In this document: positions 10,642 to 21,538 of the stretch, piece by piece
Numbering within the stretch: position 1 is the stretch's first letter
How the letters are laid out: every line of letters starts with the position of its first letter
Origin: Sedimentisphaerales bacterium
Lineage (GTDB): Bacteria > Planctomycetota > Phycisphaerae > Sedimentisphaerales > SM23-30
Length of the DNA stretch: 64,000 bases
Assembly: GCA_963663805.2 (NCBI GenBank)
Contig: CAXXMR010000007.1
Location: 17,667 to 81,666 of the forward strand
Direction: 5' to 3'
The notes under the pieces: model-generated
The model's database searches: none
The model's input: the letters and a program-made list of their open reading frames with translations, nothing else
What the model was told of the DNA's origin: nothing
Position numbers and translations under genes: made by a program

Positions 10642-11298
10642 ATTCTTTCGTCGGCGGACCGATGTAAATTTGATTTACTCCGAATCTTCCGCCGCCGAAC
10701 CAATATAAATTGACATCACCCCGCCGACTTTATCAACAGGGCGGATAAATAAGCATTATTGCCCCGATAAGCCGGGGACGGTGCTGCTTAACGCCGGAAT
10801 CTCCGGCGGCGGGAATTATAAGAAAACCGACTGGAATCTAACACCTCAAGTTTGTTATTCTCCGCCGGGCGAATAATCCGGCTCAGGCCTCATGTCTGGC
10901 CGGTTTCCCCCCCGGCTAACGCCCTGAGGATAGTTCCGCTATAGATTTGCCGTGTCGGAGAGTATATGGTCAAATATCCCCCTGCACATTTGATTTTTCT
11001 GGCTTGCCGAGAGCGGCGGAGCGGAGCTGACAGGTGATATTGTTTCGATGAGCCGGGAGGGAAGTGCTGCTTTTTGCGGATGGTTACTCTTTTAATAGCA
11101 AGGGTTAAGCGGAAATTTTATCGCTTGATTATTTCTGTTGATGGCCGCAATAAATTGCGGTATATTAAATTCTCAGATGGGCTGTCCTTTAATATCTGTA
11201 TCGTTTGTTTTGTGAGGCCTGTATCGTACTCTATTGGCGTGATGGGTTAGGTATGAGTGTTTATGAACATTTTTTAATTGCAAGTATGAGGGTTAATT

Positions 11299-13826
11299 AT
11301 GAAAACTGGTGATTTTAAGGAGATGTTTATCGGTTTATTTGTGGTTGCAATATTTATGTGTGCCGCGGCAATTGCTGAAAACAGTCTTTTACTCTATGAT
11401 GTTGATTTCAGTTCTCCCCCCTCATACCGTTGGGCAGACGGTAGTCAGTGGAGATGGACCGGCCTCCACGTAAAAACCCCAAGTTGTATTCCTTTTGGCA
11501 GTCCCCCAGGTTGTTAGTTTCGTGTGGGGCATTGACCGATCAGCCTTGCCGATTTTCCAACGGCCAATTAACATTTACCATAATGGGTTTTGATAGTACG
11601 GATATAGGCAAGGCTTTCGACTATTTTTTGATAGAGGCAGATATTCTTATCGATAATCTAAGCGAGTCGCTTACAATTTTATTTGATACTCCAACGGTAA
11701 AAAGTCTTGATTTTAAATCTGATGGCACAATGAGAACCTTTACCGGAACTAGCAGAAGTCTGGGGGATTATCCGCGTGGAACAGTTTTTTAACCTTACAA
11801 TGGGCGTAGATCTTACTCTCGGCAAATGTTAATATTTATATAAACGAAGTATATCGTGGTTCAATGAGTTGGTCCGGTGGTTATATTCGTTCATTCCGTA
11901 TTAGCCAGTTGGATGAAGCCAGTGGTTTTTGTTGCTATTGATAATTTTAAGGTCTGGGGATTGTCTTCGTCGCCTATGCTGGTCTTAAGTGCTCCTGATG
12001 GCGGTGAAGCTCTTATTGCCGGAAAGGATTATGAGGTGTCATGGCATACTCTGGGGGCGGTAGAAAGTGTAATTATAGAATATTCAGTTGATGGGCGGTT
12101 TTTCCTGGATAGAGACCAGTCCTCCCAATGAATATAATGACGACAAAATATATCTGGAATGTGCCTGACGTTGCATCAAATCTCTGTATGGTTAGGATAC
12201 TCAGTTCATATGGGTGGTTATTCTGATATGAGCCGTGGTATGTTTTCTATATTGAGTTCTGAATATGATTCGAGATGTATGACGTTTGATCCGCCTGTAA
12301 ATCCGGGAGGAGATGCTAATGTATATAATGGCTGGACAGAAATGGGGATGACAGTAATTCCTGATGATTACATGTATAGCAGTCAGGGAAAAACCGGTCG
12401 TCCCAGCAATGGCACGGGGAATCTGTTTTTTATTAGTTCCGGCGGGAGCCCGGAAATTCTGCCGGTAGAGGATAAGCTCTTCAGGTTAATTAGTGTTGAT
12501 CTGGATGACTATAGTGATTATTTTTTCTAATGCAGTTGTGACCTTTCTGGGTTATCGCTATGACGGTTCTGTTGTCAGCCAGAATTTTCGGGTAGGGAGT
12601 GAAGTTTTTCAGACATTCTATTTTGACGAAGGCTTTGATGAGTTGTTATATGCTGAGAGTACTACAAGTAGTTTTAGTATGGATAACCTGGTTTTTCAAT
12701 ATATAGACGCGACTTCTGTTCAATTGATAGATTTAGAAATATCCGGCCCTGAGCAAGTATTTGAAGATGGTTCTGCTCAATTTACAGCGACGGCTGTTTA
12801 TAGTGATGAGTCAACCGCAGATGTTAGTAATCTGGTTGATTGGCACTTGTCTTCTGATGAATATGCGACAATAGATATGAGCGGTTTAGTGGTTTGCGGT
12901 GGACTTGATTACGAGGGCGTTTTTGGAGTTTCTGCCAGTTATACTGAGGATGATATTATAGTAACAGATAATATGGAAGTAGCATATTTTCCGCTGTTAT
13001 GGACATATCATGTAAATTCGCTCGTGGGCAGTAACGCAAATGATGGATTGTCTGCTGAAAGTGCTTTCGCTACTATTCAATGTGCTATTGATAGTTCAGA
13101 GGATGGTGACATCATACTTGTTTGGCCGGGTATTTATACTGAAAACATCATTTATGATGGCAAGGCGGTTATGATTCAAGGTACAGGCGGTTTGCCGGTA
13201 ATTGATGGTGGTGGTTATTGGGCAGTATCTTTTTTCAATAATGAAGGTCAAGACAGCGTACTTAGAAATGTGTTGGTTACCAATAGTTATATGGGGATTT
13301 TTATATCGGGAAGTTCGCCGACGATATCTAACGTGAATGTTTTAAATAATATGTTCGGTATAGAGGCATATAGTGGTTCTGAACCCAAAATAGCCAACTG
13401 CATTCTTTGGGATAATAGTGACGGTGATATTTATGGCAGTGAAATACGTTACTGTTGTGTTGAGCGAGCCAGCGAAGCTGTTGGTGAAGGCAATATTAGT
13501 GAACAGCCTATGTTTGTCAATGCATCAGAAGGCGATTACCATTTGCGTTCTAAATTTGGTAGATATATGCCTGAGATAGATATGTGGGTGATAGATGAAG
13601 TGACCAGTCCGTGTGTGAATGCGGGGGATCCGGAGATAAAATCCTTCAGAGGAAACAATGCCCTAATGGGGGGCGAATCAATATTGGTGCGTTTGGTGGG
13701 ACGGTGGATGCGAGCCGAGGAGCGTGGGTGCTTGAAGGAGATATTAACCAAGATGGTTTTGTTAATTTGCTCGATTTTGCCATAATGACACAGAACTGGC
13801 TAATGTCTTTACCTTGGGTTGAATAG
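11299..13826 (+). pseudogene. Secreted multidomain protein (Ig-like, right-handed beta-helix, dockerin-like C-terminus) split by several frameshifts; probably sequencing error
   Basis: Signal peptide at 11299; ORF fragments 11448, 11877, 12159, 12493 and 13611 tile one protein ending GGRINIGAFGG...GDINQDGFVNLLDFAIMTQNWL; several breaks near homopolymers. Confidence 0.75.
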
Positions 13827-13899
13827 CATTTCAGAGATAGACTTATTAGGTAGACAATGGTGCTTGTGAATGAATAGGCCTTAGGCTTGTTCCGCGTTT

Positions 13900-15682
13900 T
13901 TATTCGTAGAGCTTTTCGTGCCATTGCCTGAGCTGCTCTACCGGGATCTTGATGATCTTGCGGTCGTAGGTCATCAGGCCGTTTACTTCGGTTTCTACGT
14001 CGCTGGTTTGTGTGTAAACTGCGGCGGCGAGGCCCCTGCTTTTTCAGTTCGGGCAGTTTCGCCATGAGTTCCTGATATTTCGCCGCCAGCTCTTCTTCGC
14101 TGTTGTAAGTGCGGTAGCCCCAGTTTTTGTCAGACTGAATCCAGGTGTGTCCCTCGACCGGCAAGCCCAGTCCGCCGAATTCGCCCAGCACACTCACGCG
14201 GTTTTCCTCGGTTGGGAACATCGCCGGGCCGGGATAAGAATGTTTGTCGATAATATCACCGACTTTCTGATCGTGCCAGCCGCTGGCGTTATTGACCAGC
14301 CGACTGGGGTCGTAAGATTTGATCCACTCGGTAATGCGGGCGGTATCGAATTGCCCCCACGCTTCGTTGAACGGCACCCACATAACGATCGAAGGGTGAT
14401 TATGAAGGTGGTCCAGCATACGCTTCAGCTCACGTTCATACTGACGGGCGGACTCGGGTTTGCGGGTCAGGTCGCCTTCTTTGCGGCCGAATTCGGCGCT
14501 GGGCATATCCTGCCAGATTAGCAGCCCGTTTTTATCGCACCAGTAATACAGCATCTGCGGCTCGATCTTGATATGTTTACGCAGCATATTGAAACCCATC
14601 TTCTTGAGGATTTCCAGATCATACACGAGTGCTTCATAAGTCGGCGGCGTCAGCGTCCCCGCGGGCCAGTAACCCTGGTCCAGCGGCCCGTACTGAAACA
14701 GCGGCTTATTGTTCAGCATCAGCCGATTGAAACCATCGGTATCCTTGGCGAACGATATTTTGCGCATGCCGACATAACTCTGTACCGAATCGAGAGCCTT
14801 GCCGCTATTGTCGATAACCGAGGCATCAAGGTCGTAGAGAAAAGGCGAATCCGGCGACCAGAGTTTCGCGTTGGGGATTTCCATGGTCGCGGTTTCCTTA
14901 AGTCCGCTCATCGCCGATGCGATAACTTCGCCGTCGCACTTTATCTCATATTTAACCTTATAAGACCGAGCCGGGCCGAGCACTGAAGGTTTGATAGCTA
15001 CCGTACCGCTATCGACATCAGGGGTGATGCGCAGATTCTCGATATAAGTTTGCGGCACTCTCTCCAGCCAGACCGTCTGCCATATCCCGGTAGTGGCGGT
15101 ATAATAAATGCCTTTGGGCTTGAGAACCTGTTTACCCCGCTGCTGATTTCCTTTATCGGTTGGGTCCCAGACCGACAGGATGATTTCGTTTTCGCCCGCG
15201 ACCGCCACTGAGCTTATATCAAAGGTGAAAGGGTCATAACCGCCGCGATGACAGCCCAGATATTTACCGTTAAGCCAGATGTCAGCTTCATAATCTACCG
15301 CGTCGAAATGCAGCAGCCAGCGTTTAGCGTCTGACTGGTCGTCCAGAGTAAATGTCCGATGATACCATACCGTCTGATCTTCGCTGATGGCTTTGCCGAC
15401 GCCCGACAGTGAAGATTCAACGCAGAACGGCACCAGAATCTGACCATCGAAATTCTCCGGCCGCGAATCGGTCCGCTTGGTAATCGCGTAATCCCACAGC
15501 CCGTTCAGGTTTTGCCACTTGCAGTCACGCTTGAGAGCGGGCCGCGGATATTCCGGCAGGGCGTTATCCGGCGAAACCTGCTTCGACCACTCCGTAGCGA
15601 TCGACACCGGGGCCGGTGAATAAGAAAGAGCGACAGAAGGAATAAGCAGCGAAACCAACAAAGCGATTCTGATAATGGTCAT
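13900..15682 (-). CDS. Glycoside hydrolase family 2 (beta-galactosidase-like), frameshift near 14033-14036
   Basis: Signal peptide, PEYPRP, NLNGLW, GFNMLRKHIK, WVPFNEAWGQ, LGEFGG; removing one base of the G4 run restores GLAAAVYTQTSDVETEVNGLMTYDR, with the stop at 13900-13902. Confidence 0.88.
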
Positions 15683-15704
15683 TTGTAATTCTCCTGATTT
15701 ATGT

Positions 15705-17192
15705 CTATGCTAACTTGAATGACAAGGCGGCAACCGCCAGGGGCGGCAGTTTGATAATTGCCTTGCCCGCCTCAATTTTTACTTCCTCGAAATTCTCCGA
15801 CTTGAGCACATCCGGTTTCTCCCAGGTATTGGCGGCCTTGGGGTCATCGCCGCAGATGATCTCGCCATCTGCCAGAGATTTAATCTCACGGTCGTTCAGA
15901 TTGACAATAACCTCGGCCGATTTATCCAGTTCGCGATTGCTCAGGAAAACATTAAGCGTCTGGCCGTTCAGGATAGCGGAGCTATCAATATAATTAGTAG
16001 AGCCGTTCTTGCAGGTCTCAAACGTCGGTCCTTCCATAACCGTTCGCAGCGAAATACCTTCGCGACGTTTACTGAACATCTCGAAGGCATAGAAAACCGA
16101 CTGGACCAGCAGCTCATCACCACGCGTCAGCAACGGCGCGATAATATTGACTATCTGAGCGATATTGGCGATCTTAACGCAATCGGCATGACGAATAAAA
16201 CTGTTCAGGAAGTTCGCCACCACCAGAGCATCCTCCAGATTATACACTTCCTCGATAAGGTGCGGCGCGTGTTTGCCCTTACCATCCATATTCAAATCCT
16301 TGTACCACACGTTCCATTCGTCGAAGCAAAGGTAAGCTCTTTTCTTACTGCGGTTTTTCGCCTGCACAAAACGGCATGCCGCGTCCATCTCCTCGATTTG
16401 CTTATCGATAATATTACAGCTGGCCAGGAAATTTGGCGTATCATCGATTTTGTTATCCAGATACCGATGCAGACTGATATAATCCGCGTATTCCCCCACA
16501 TATTCCAGCACCTTGCGGTCCCATTCCATATAAGTCGGCAAGTCTGTCCCGCATGTCCCGCAAAGGACCAGCTCGATAGATTTATCCGCATCCTTCATCA
16601 TCTTCGCCGCCTGCTGAGCCCGGATAGCGTACTGCTCCGCCGGGACATGCCCCAACTGCCACGGCCCATCCATCTCATTACCCAGACACCACAACTTTAC
16701 ATCGTGCGGATTCTCGCTGCCGTTCGCCGCACGCATATCGGCATATTTCGTACCCGCCGGGCAATTGCAATATTCCACCCAGTTGCGCGCCTCCTCCGGC
16801 GTTCCCGTCCCCAGATTAACCGTCAGCATCGGCGTCCAGTCCATCTTGCGGCACATGGCGATATACTCATCCGTCCCAAACTGATTAGTCTCGATAGACT
16901 GCCAGGCCAGCTCCCGCACCGTAGGCCGTTTATCTTTGGGCCCCACACCATCCTGCCAGTGATAGCCCGACGCGAAATTGCCGCCCGGATAACGCATCGC
17001 CGTCATCTTCAATTTTTCCAGCGCCGCCAGAACATCACCGCGAAACCCCTCCGCATCCGCGTGCGGCGATTTCGGCTCATAAACCCCCTCATACACACAC
17101 CGGCCCATATGCTCCATGAACCCGCCTAAGATACGCTCGTCAACCCTGCCCACCTGAAACCGGGTATCCAGATAAATATTTGTTTGCCGCAT
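15705..17192 (-). CDS. abfA: Alpha-L-arabinofuranosidase, GH51
   Basis: FMEHMGRCVYEG, RYPGGNF, WCLGNEMDGPWQ, FDEWNVW, ANIAQIVN. Confidence 0.93.
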   Translation of the reverse strand: MRQTNIYLDTRFQVGRVDERILGGFMEHMGRCVYEGVYEPKSPHADAEGFRGDVLAALEKLKMTAMRYPGGNFASGYHWQDGVGPKDKRPTVRELAWQSIETNQFGTDEYIAMCRKMDWTPMLTVNLGTGTPEEARNWVEYCNCPAGTKYADMRAANGSENPHDVKLWCLGNEMDGPWQLGHVPAEQYAIRAQQAAKMMKDADKSIELVLCGTCGTDLPTYMEWDRKVLEYVGEYADYISLHRYLDNKIDDTPNFLASCNIIDKQIEEMDAACRFVQAKNRSKKRAYLCFDEWNVWYKDLNMDGKGKHAPHLIEEVYNLEDALVVANFLNSFIRHADCVKIANIAQIVNIIAPLLTRGDELLVQSVFYAFEMFSKRREGISLRTVMEGPTFETCKNGSTNYIDSSAILNGQTLNVFLSNRELDKSAEVIVNLNDREIKSLADGEIICGDDPKAANTWEKPDVLKSENFEEVKIEAGKAIIKLPPLAVAALSFKLA

Positions 17193-17288
17193 TGCGATAG
17201 CCGTCCTTTTTGATAATTAATATAGCTTTGTAAAAATATTTTATTCTGTCAACTAAAATGTTATAATAGCATTATATGCTTATTTGAG

Positions 17289-18188
17289 ATGAATTTAATG
17301 GCTAAAACTTTCAAAAACATTTGTGAAACTTTTATTATCGGCCCGGACTGTCAGGAGCGTTTCCTGCCGGTCTCCTCCGAGGTTTATGCTTATTTAGCCC
17401 AGCGCGGCATATCATTGTCAGGCCTGAGCATCTTGTCAGGCCAATATGAAATAGGCCGGATTCGCCCGGCCTTCCACCATCTGCTATATTGCATCCGTGG
17501 CAGCGGCTGGGTGGTACTGCCCGACCGGGAAACAACCTTAAACCCCGGCGAGATATACATCGCGCCCGCCGGCATCGCCAGTGCCTACGGCATCAAAAGT
17601 AAACGCTGGGAGATAGCCTGGCTCATGCTGCTCGATATTGAACAATGGTCCATGGTCTATCAGATAGGCCCCGGCGTGCGTCGTTCGACCTGGTCGCTGC
17701 CGGTGCGGAATATTATGGAAGGCATACTCACCGAAACCGCCCACCCCGGAAAATTTACCGGCCCGGCCTTGCAGAATTACTATGATTTACTGCTGATGCA
17801 TCTGCGGCGTGAGCTGGACGTCCAGGCCGGTCAGATGGAATTTGGCATCGCCGAAAAACTCCAGCTTCTTCAGGAAAAGGTACGGGCCCGGATACACTAT
17901 CCCTGGACCGTCGCCGAGCTTCTGGAGCAGTCCGAACTTTATGTCAGCGAAAATCATTTTCATCGCCTCTGCCTGGAGCATTGGCAAAGTCCGCCTCTCA
18001 AGAAAGTAACCGCCATACGCATGGAGCGGGCCCGCGAACTGCTGCTCAACACCGACTACAGCGTTCACCTCATCGGCGAGCTGGTAGGCTATCAAAACGC
18101 TTTTGCCTTTTCCACAGCCTTCAATCGCTGGAGCGGCAGCTCACCCCGGCAATGCCGCAATGCCGGCAAAACCTGGCACGAACTGTAA
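17289..18188 (+). CDS. AraC-family transcriptional regulator
   Basis: Cupin N-terminus and C-terminal RMERARELL...VGYQNAFAFSTAFNRWSGSSP; divergent from GH51/GH2. Confidence 0.9.
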   Translation: MNLMAKTFKNICETFIIGPDCQERFLPVSSEVYAYLAQRGISLSGLSILSGQYEIGRIRPAFHHLLYCIRGSGWVVLPDRETTLNPGEIYIAPAGIASAYGIKSKRWEIAWLMLLDIEQWSMVYQIGPGVRRSTWSLPVRNIMEGILTETAHPGKFTGPALQNYYDLLLMHLRRELDVQAGQMEFGIAEKLQLLQEKVRARIHYPWTVAELLEQSELYVSENHFHRLCLEHWQSPPLKKVTAIRMERARELLLNTDYSVHLIGELVGYQNAFAFSTAFNRWSGSSPRQCRNAGKTWHEL

Positions 18189-18480
18189 AGCTTTGTATTT
18201 TCTATGCTTAGGCTATATTGGGACGGCTGCTGAGTTCTTAATAGGCCGATGCTACATTTTTGCCGCTTTTTTTTGAAAAACCTCTTGTAATTCCCAGAAA
18301 AAGCAGTAAATTGGTAGAATGTTAATGGTTCTGTATTGTGATTCAAGTCAATAGAGTTCCGTATTGGTGGGGCCTGTCGTAATAAAGCCCGGTCGTATGT
18401 ATAGCAGTTAATCGCCCGGATCGATCTGTAATTTTGAGCGTGTTTTTCATTTGGCAGATTTTCGTTATTTGGGATGAATT

Positions 18481-20031
18481 ATGGTAGTCATGCCGGGAAG
18501 TGAATTAGCCTTGCTGGAACGCGGCCAGCGGGTGGTGCGATGGTCCTTTCTGCTGGTATTTCTGGTCTTGACTTTTCTTATGCTCGGCTCGTTAATCTGG
18601 GATATTTGGTATTATCATACCGGCACCCACAGAATTGCCGCCACTCAGGCCCGCGCCTATTTTCTCAAGGACCAGGCCATCAGGCATTGGGTGACTTTTC
18701 AGGGTGGCATTTATGTCCCGGTGACTACTCATACTCCGCCCAGCCCCTATCTGGAGCATGTCCCCCAACGTGATATTACCGATGATTCCGGCCGGAAACT
18801 AACCATGATGAACCCCGCCTATGTGGTTCGTCAAATAAACGAAAAGTTTGCTTTTATGTACGGTATTGGGGGACATATAACCAGCCTCAAACCCCTGCGG
18901 CCGGAAAATGCCCCCGACGAATGGGAGACTCAGGCCCTGAAACAATTCGAAGCGGGCCAGAAAGAGGTCGTTCAGGAAGTTGAGATGGGAGGCGAAAAAT
19001 ATCTGCGCTTAATGCAGCCGATGATAACAATGCCGGGATGTCTGAAATGCCACGCTCACCAGGGCTACAAAGAAGGTGATATTCGCGGCGGGGTCTCGAT
19101 TGCGATACCTTTGGATGCATTGTATGAGACATCCCATAGTCATTGTTGGATTTTGGCGGCGAGCCACCTGGTTTTATGGCTGCTGGTGGGGACGGGCATC
19201 TGGTATACCAGAGGAGTCGTTCTGGGCGAAATGAATAAACGTAAAGGGATAATGACCGAACGCGAAAGATTATTACGCGAGCTTTCCAGCAAGACTGAGC
19301 ATATGCGGAGCATAATCTACACCAGTTCCCATGACCTGCGTTCGCCCATGATTAACATAAAAGGTTTTACCGAAGACCTCAAACATAATTGCGATAAGCT
19401 CAAGAAAATGATCGACAGTCAGTGTGATAAGCAATGTCAGAAGATGGGCGAGGTGATTGAGCAGGATCTTGAAGAAGACATTGATTATATCGATAAGAGT
19501 ATCACTAAGATGGACCAGCTGCTAAGCGGTCTGGTCCAGATTTCACGCATGGGTACGATGGATCTGCAATTGCAGGATATAGACATGAACGTTCTGTTTG
19601 GTCGTTTACTGCCGACACTGGAACATCGTGTTCGTGAATATAACGCCGAGATAGATATTGAAGATTTGCCTCCCTGCCGGGGCGATGAACGACTGGTTAA
19701 TCAGGTCTTCAGTAACCTTCTCGATAACGCTCTTAAATATCGCGACCCCTCACGGCGACCGGAGATTTGTATCTCGGGTAGAGTCGCCGGTGACAGCGCG
19801 ATTTATGTTTGTTCGGATAATGGCATGGGCATAAAAGAGGAATTCGCCGAGCAGGTTTTCGAACTGTTTCATCAGCTCGACCCCAGCCATAAAGCTGGCG
19901 GTTCCGGATTGGGCCTGACCATCGTAAAACAAATTCTTGGTCGGTTGGGCGGCAATATCTACCTCGACACCAGTAGTTCGATAGGGGCCACATTTTACGT
20001 CTATCTGCCCGCGGTGGATGAACGGCGTTAA
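18481..20031 (+). CDS. Sensor histidine kinase with periplasmic heme-c DUF3365-type domain
   Basis: Two TMs flanking NPAY...SLKPLRPENAPDEWE...CLKCH; SHDLRSP H-box, NLLDNALKY, DNGMGI, GSGLGL. Confidence 0.9.
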   Translation: MVVMPGSELALLERGQRVVRWSFLLVFLVLTFLMLGSLIWDIWYYHTGTHRIAATQARAYFLKDQAIRHWVTFQGGIYVPVTTHTPPSPYLEHVPQRDITDDSGRKLTMMNPAYVVRQINEKFAFMYGIGGHITSLKPLRPENAPDEWETQALKQFEAGQKEVVQEVEMGGEKYLRLMQPMITMPGCLKCHAHQGYKEGDIRGGVSIAIPLDALYETSHSHCWILAASHLVLWLLVGTGIWYTRGVVLGEMNKRKGIMTERERLLRELSSKTEHMRSIIYTSSHDLRSPMINIKGFTEDLKHNCDKLKKMIDSQCDKQCQKMGEVIEQDLEEDIDYIDKSITKMDQLLSGLVQISRMGTMDLQLQDIDMNVLFGRLLPTLEHRVREYNAEIDIEDLPPCRGDERLVNQVFSNLLDNALKYRDPSRRPEICISGRVAGDSAIYVCSDNGMGIKEEFAEQVFELFHQLDPSHKAGGSGLGLTIVKQILGRLGGNIYLDTSSSIGATFYVYLPAVDERR

Positions 20032-20156
20032 GTATTTTGAAAAATCTTGAGGGTTTTTGGAGTAATTTGAATTTTCGCACTCGCTTTATCTGTAGATTAC
20101 TTTCTTATATTTTTTTACCCGCAGATTTTTTTGGAGACGTAAGACGTAAGGCAGAA

Positions 20157-20316
20157 GGGTGTGTTGCCCAAATATTCAATATATATCGTTGACGGCGAAG
20201 ACCAGGGCCTTGCTTTGCAAGAAGGTGTTACTCAGAGGGCGTTTTTACGTAAATAAAGGTTTTGGTGTTCGATCCGGCTGCTTACGCAGCTCGGTTTCTG
20301 TTTGGGCAACACGCCC
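20157..20316. mobile_element. MITE-like element, 160 bp, 16-bp terminal inverted repeats
   Basis: gggtgtgttgcccaaa (20157-20172) vs tttgggcaacacgccc (20301-20316), 15/16 match; interior recurs inverted at ~50963-51023. Confidence 0.65.
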
Positions 20317-20612
20317 AAGAGTGGACGGTAAGATTGATTTGATGGGAACCATTTCTACTTGCTTTTCTGTCAATATGGTGAATTTGGGTGGTTTGGGGAC
20401 ATTAGCTTGGCTTTTTGCAAAAGTTTAGTTTTGAATTAGAGTTATTTATTAATGGCAAACGAAACGGTTTAGGTGCTTCGATGATTTTTGTTTGACCGGC
20501 TTCGGTCAGTGCGTTATAAGGTCGTTTATAGTAAAAGGATAAAGTCTGCTTCGGCGAATTGTTTTGATTGGGCCGGAAGCCGGTATTTTTAATAACCCAG
20601 GAGATAAATCAC

Positions 20613-20693
20613 ATGCAGTGGTATCATATCTGTATTGGCTTGGGATTGGTCGGCACGATCGTATTCTATGTTATGTACAAGCGCAGCCAGTAA
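20613..20693 (+). CDS. Putative 26-aa single-TM small protein MQWYHICIGLGLVGTIVFYVMYKRSQ
   Basis: AGGAG RBS 9 nt upstream of ATG; hydrophobic core and basic tail; below the ORF-track cutoff. Confidence 0.55.
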   Translation: MQWYHICIGLGLVGTIVFYVMYKRSQ

Positions 20694-20773
20694 AATTCAT
20701 TCCCTTGCGGCCTGTCGTATTGATTGCTCACCCCGAATGGTGCGGGTGGTTCTTTGCAGGTATGATTGCGGTA

Positions 20774-21442
20774 TCACTGGTCAATCAGTTCGGTTTCGTG
20801 GTCGAATTCTCTGAGGGGGCAGTTTTCGCAGCGGGGTTTAGGTCGGCAGAATTCTTTGCCCAGCCGGACTATCAAGGCGTGGTATTCTTTGTATAAGTCT
20901 ATGTCTTGAGGGAGGTTCCATTCAAAGAAGTCCTTGATTTCCTCGTAACCCATTTCCTGGTCCAGGCAGCCGTGCCGCGAGAAAATCCGGCAGGTATAAG
21001 CGTCTATCACAAAAGTAGGCTTTTCAAAAGCGTATAAAACAATCGAATCGGCGGTTTCGAATCCTATCCCGTTAATTGCCAAAAGCTCCTCGCGGAGACG
21101 CTGGACAGAGAGGTTTTCGATATTTTGGGCCGTCCCCTGGTATTCCTGACAGAACCATTTCACCAGGTTTTTCAGTCGTTTGGTTTTAACGTTATAATAC
21201 CCCGCTGGTCGAATAAGCTCGGCTAACTGGGCGGGAGGCATCTGGTCTATAATCTCCGGTTCGAGAGCCTGGGCTTTTTTCAGGTTGGTAATGGCTTTTT
21301 CGACGTTGGTCCAGTTGGTATTCTGGGTCAGGACTGCCCCGACCATAATCTCAAATGGTGTATCGCCAGGCCACCAGCCCTGTGGTCCGAAATGCTCCAG
21401 CAGAGTTTGATAAAACGTGGTCAGTTTTTCGCTTGAATCCAT
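20774..21442 (-). CDS. Endonuclease III-related HhH-GPD DNA glycosylase family protein
   Basis: WWPG, GAVLTQNTNW, GIGFETADSI, Fe-S motif CRPKPRCENCP. Confidence 0.9.
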   Translation of the reverse strand: MDSSEKLTTFYQTLLEHFGPQGWWPGDTPFEIMVGAVLTQNTNWTNVEKAITNLKKAQALEPEIIDQMPPAQLAELIRPAGYYNVKTKRLKNLVKWFCQEYQGTAQNIENLSVQRLREELLAINGIGFETADSIVLYAFEKPTFVIDAYTCRIFSRHGCLDQEMGYEEIKDFFEWNLPQDIDLYKEYHALIVRLGKEFCRPKPRCENCPLREFDHETELIDQ

Positions 21443-21538
21443 ACTTGCCTTCCTGAGTTGCTTTTTTGGTCTGAATATGATAGCCTTTGGCCCTTACGAA
21501 CGCAACCGGATTGGTTTTTGAGCTTTAGGCAGGGATGT

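Noticed and set aside
10349..10708. Cys-rich or His-rich repeat proteins (ORFs 10349+, 10440+, 10357-)
   Set aside because: Open frames follow from the 21-bp repeat; no convincing RBS; cannot choose a coding frame
13646..13899. C-terminal extension of GH2 in the ORF track
   Set aside because: Produced by the frameshift at ~14035; the conserved C-terminus ends at 13900
16188..17129. 313-aa + strand ORF and similar long antisense ORFs (e.g. 21494-22327, 37691-38296)
   Set aside because: Shadow ORFs opposite well-supported genes, with no recognisable motifs
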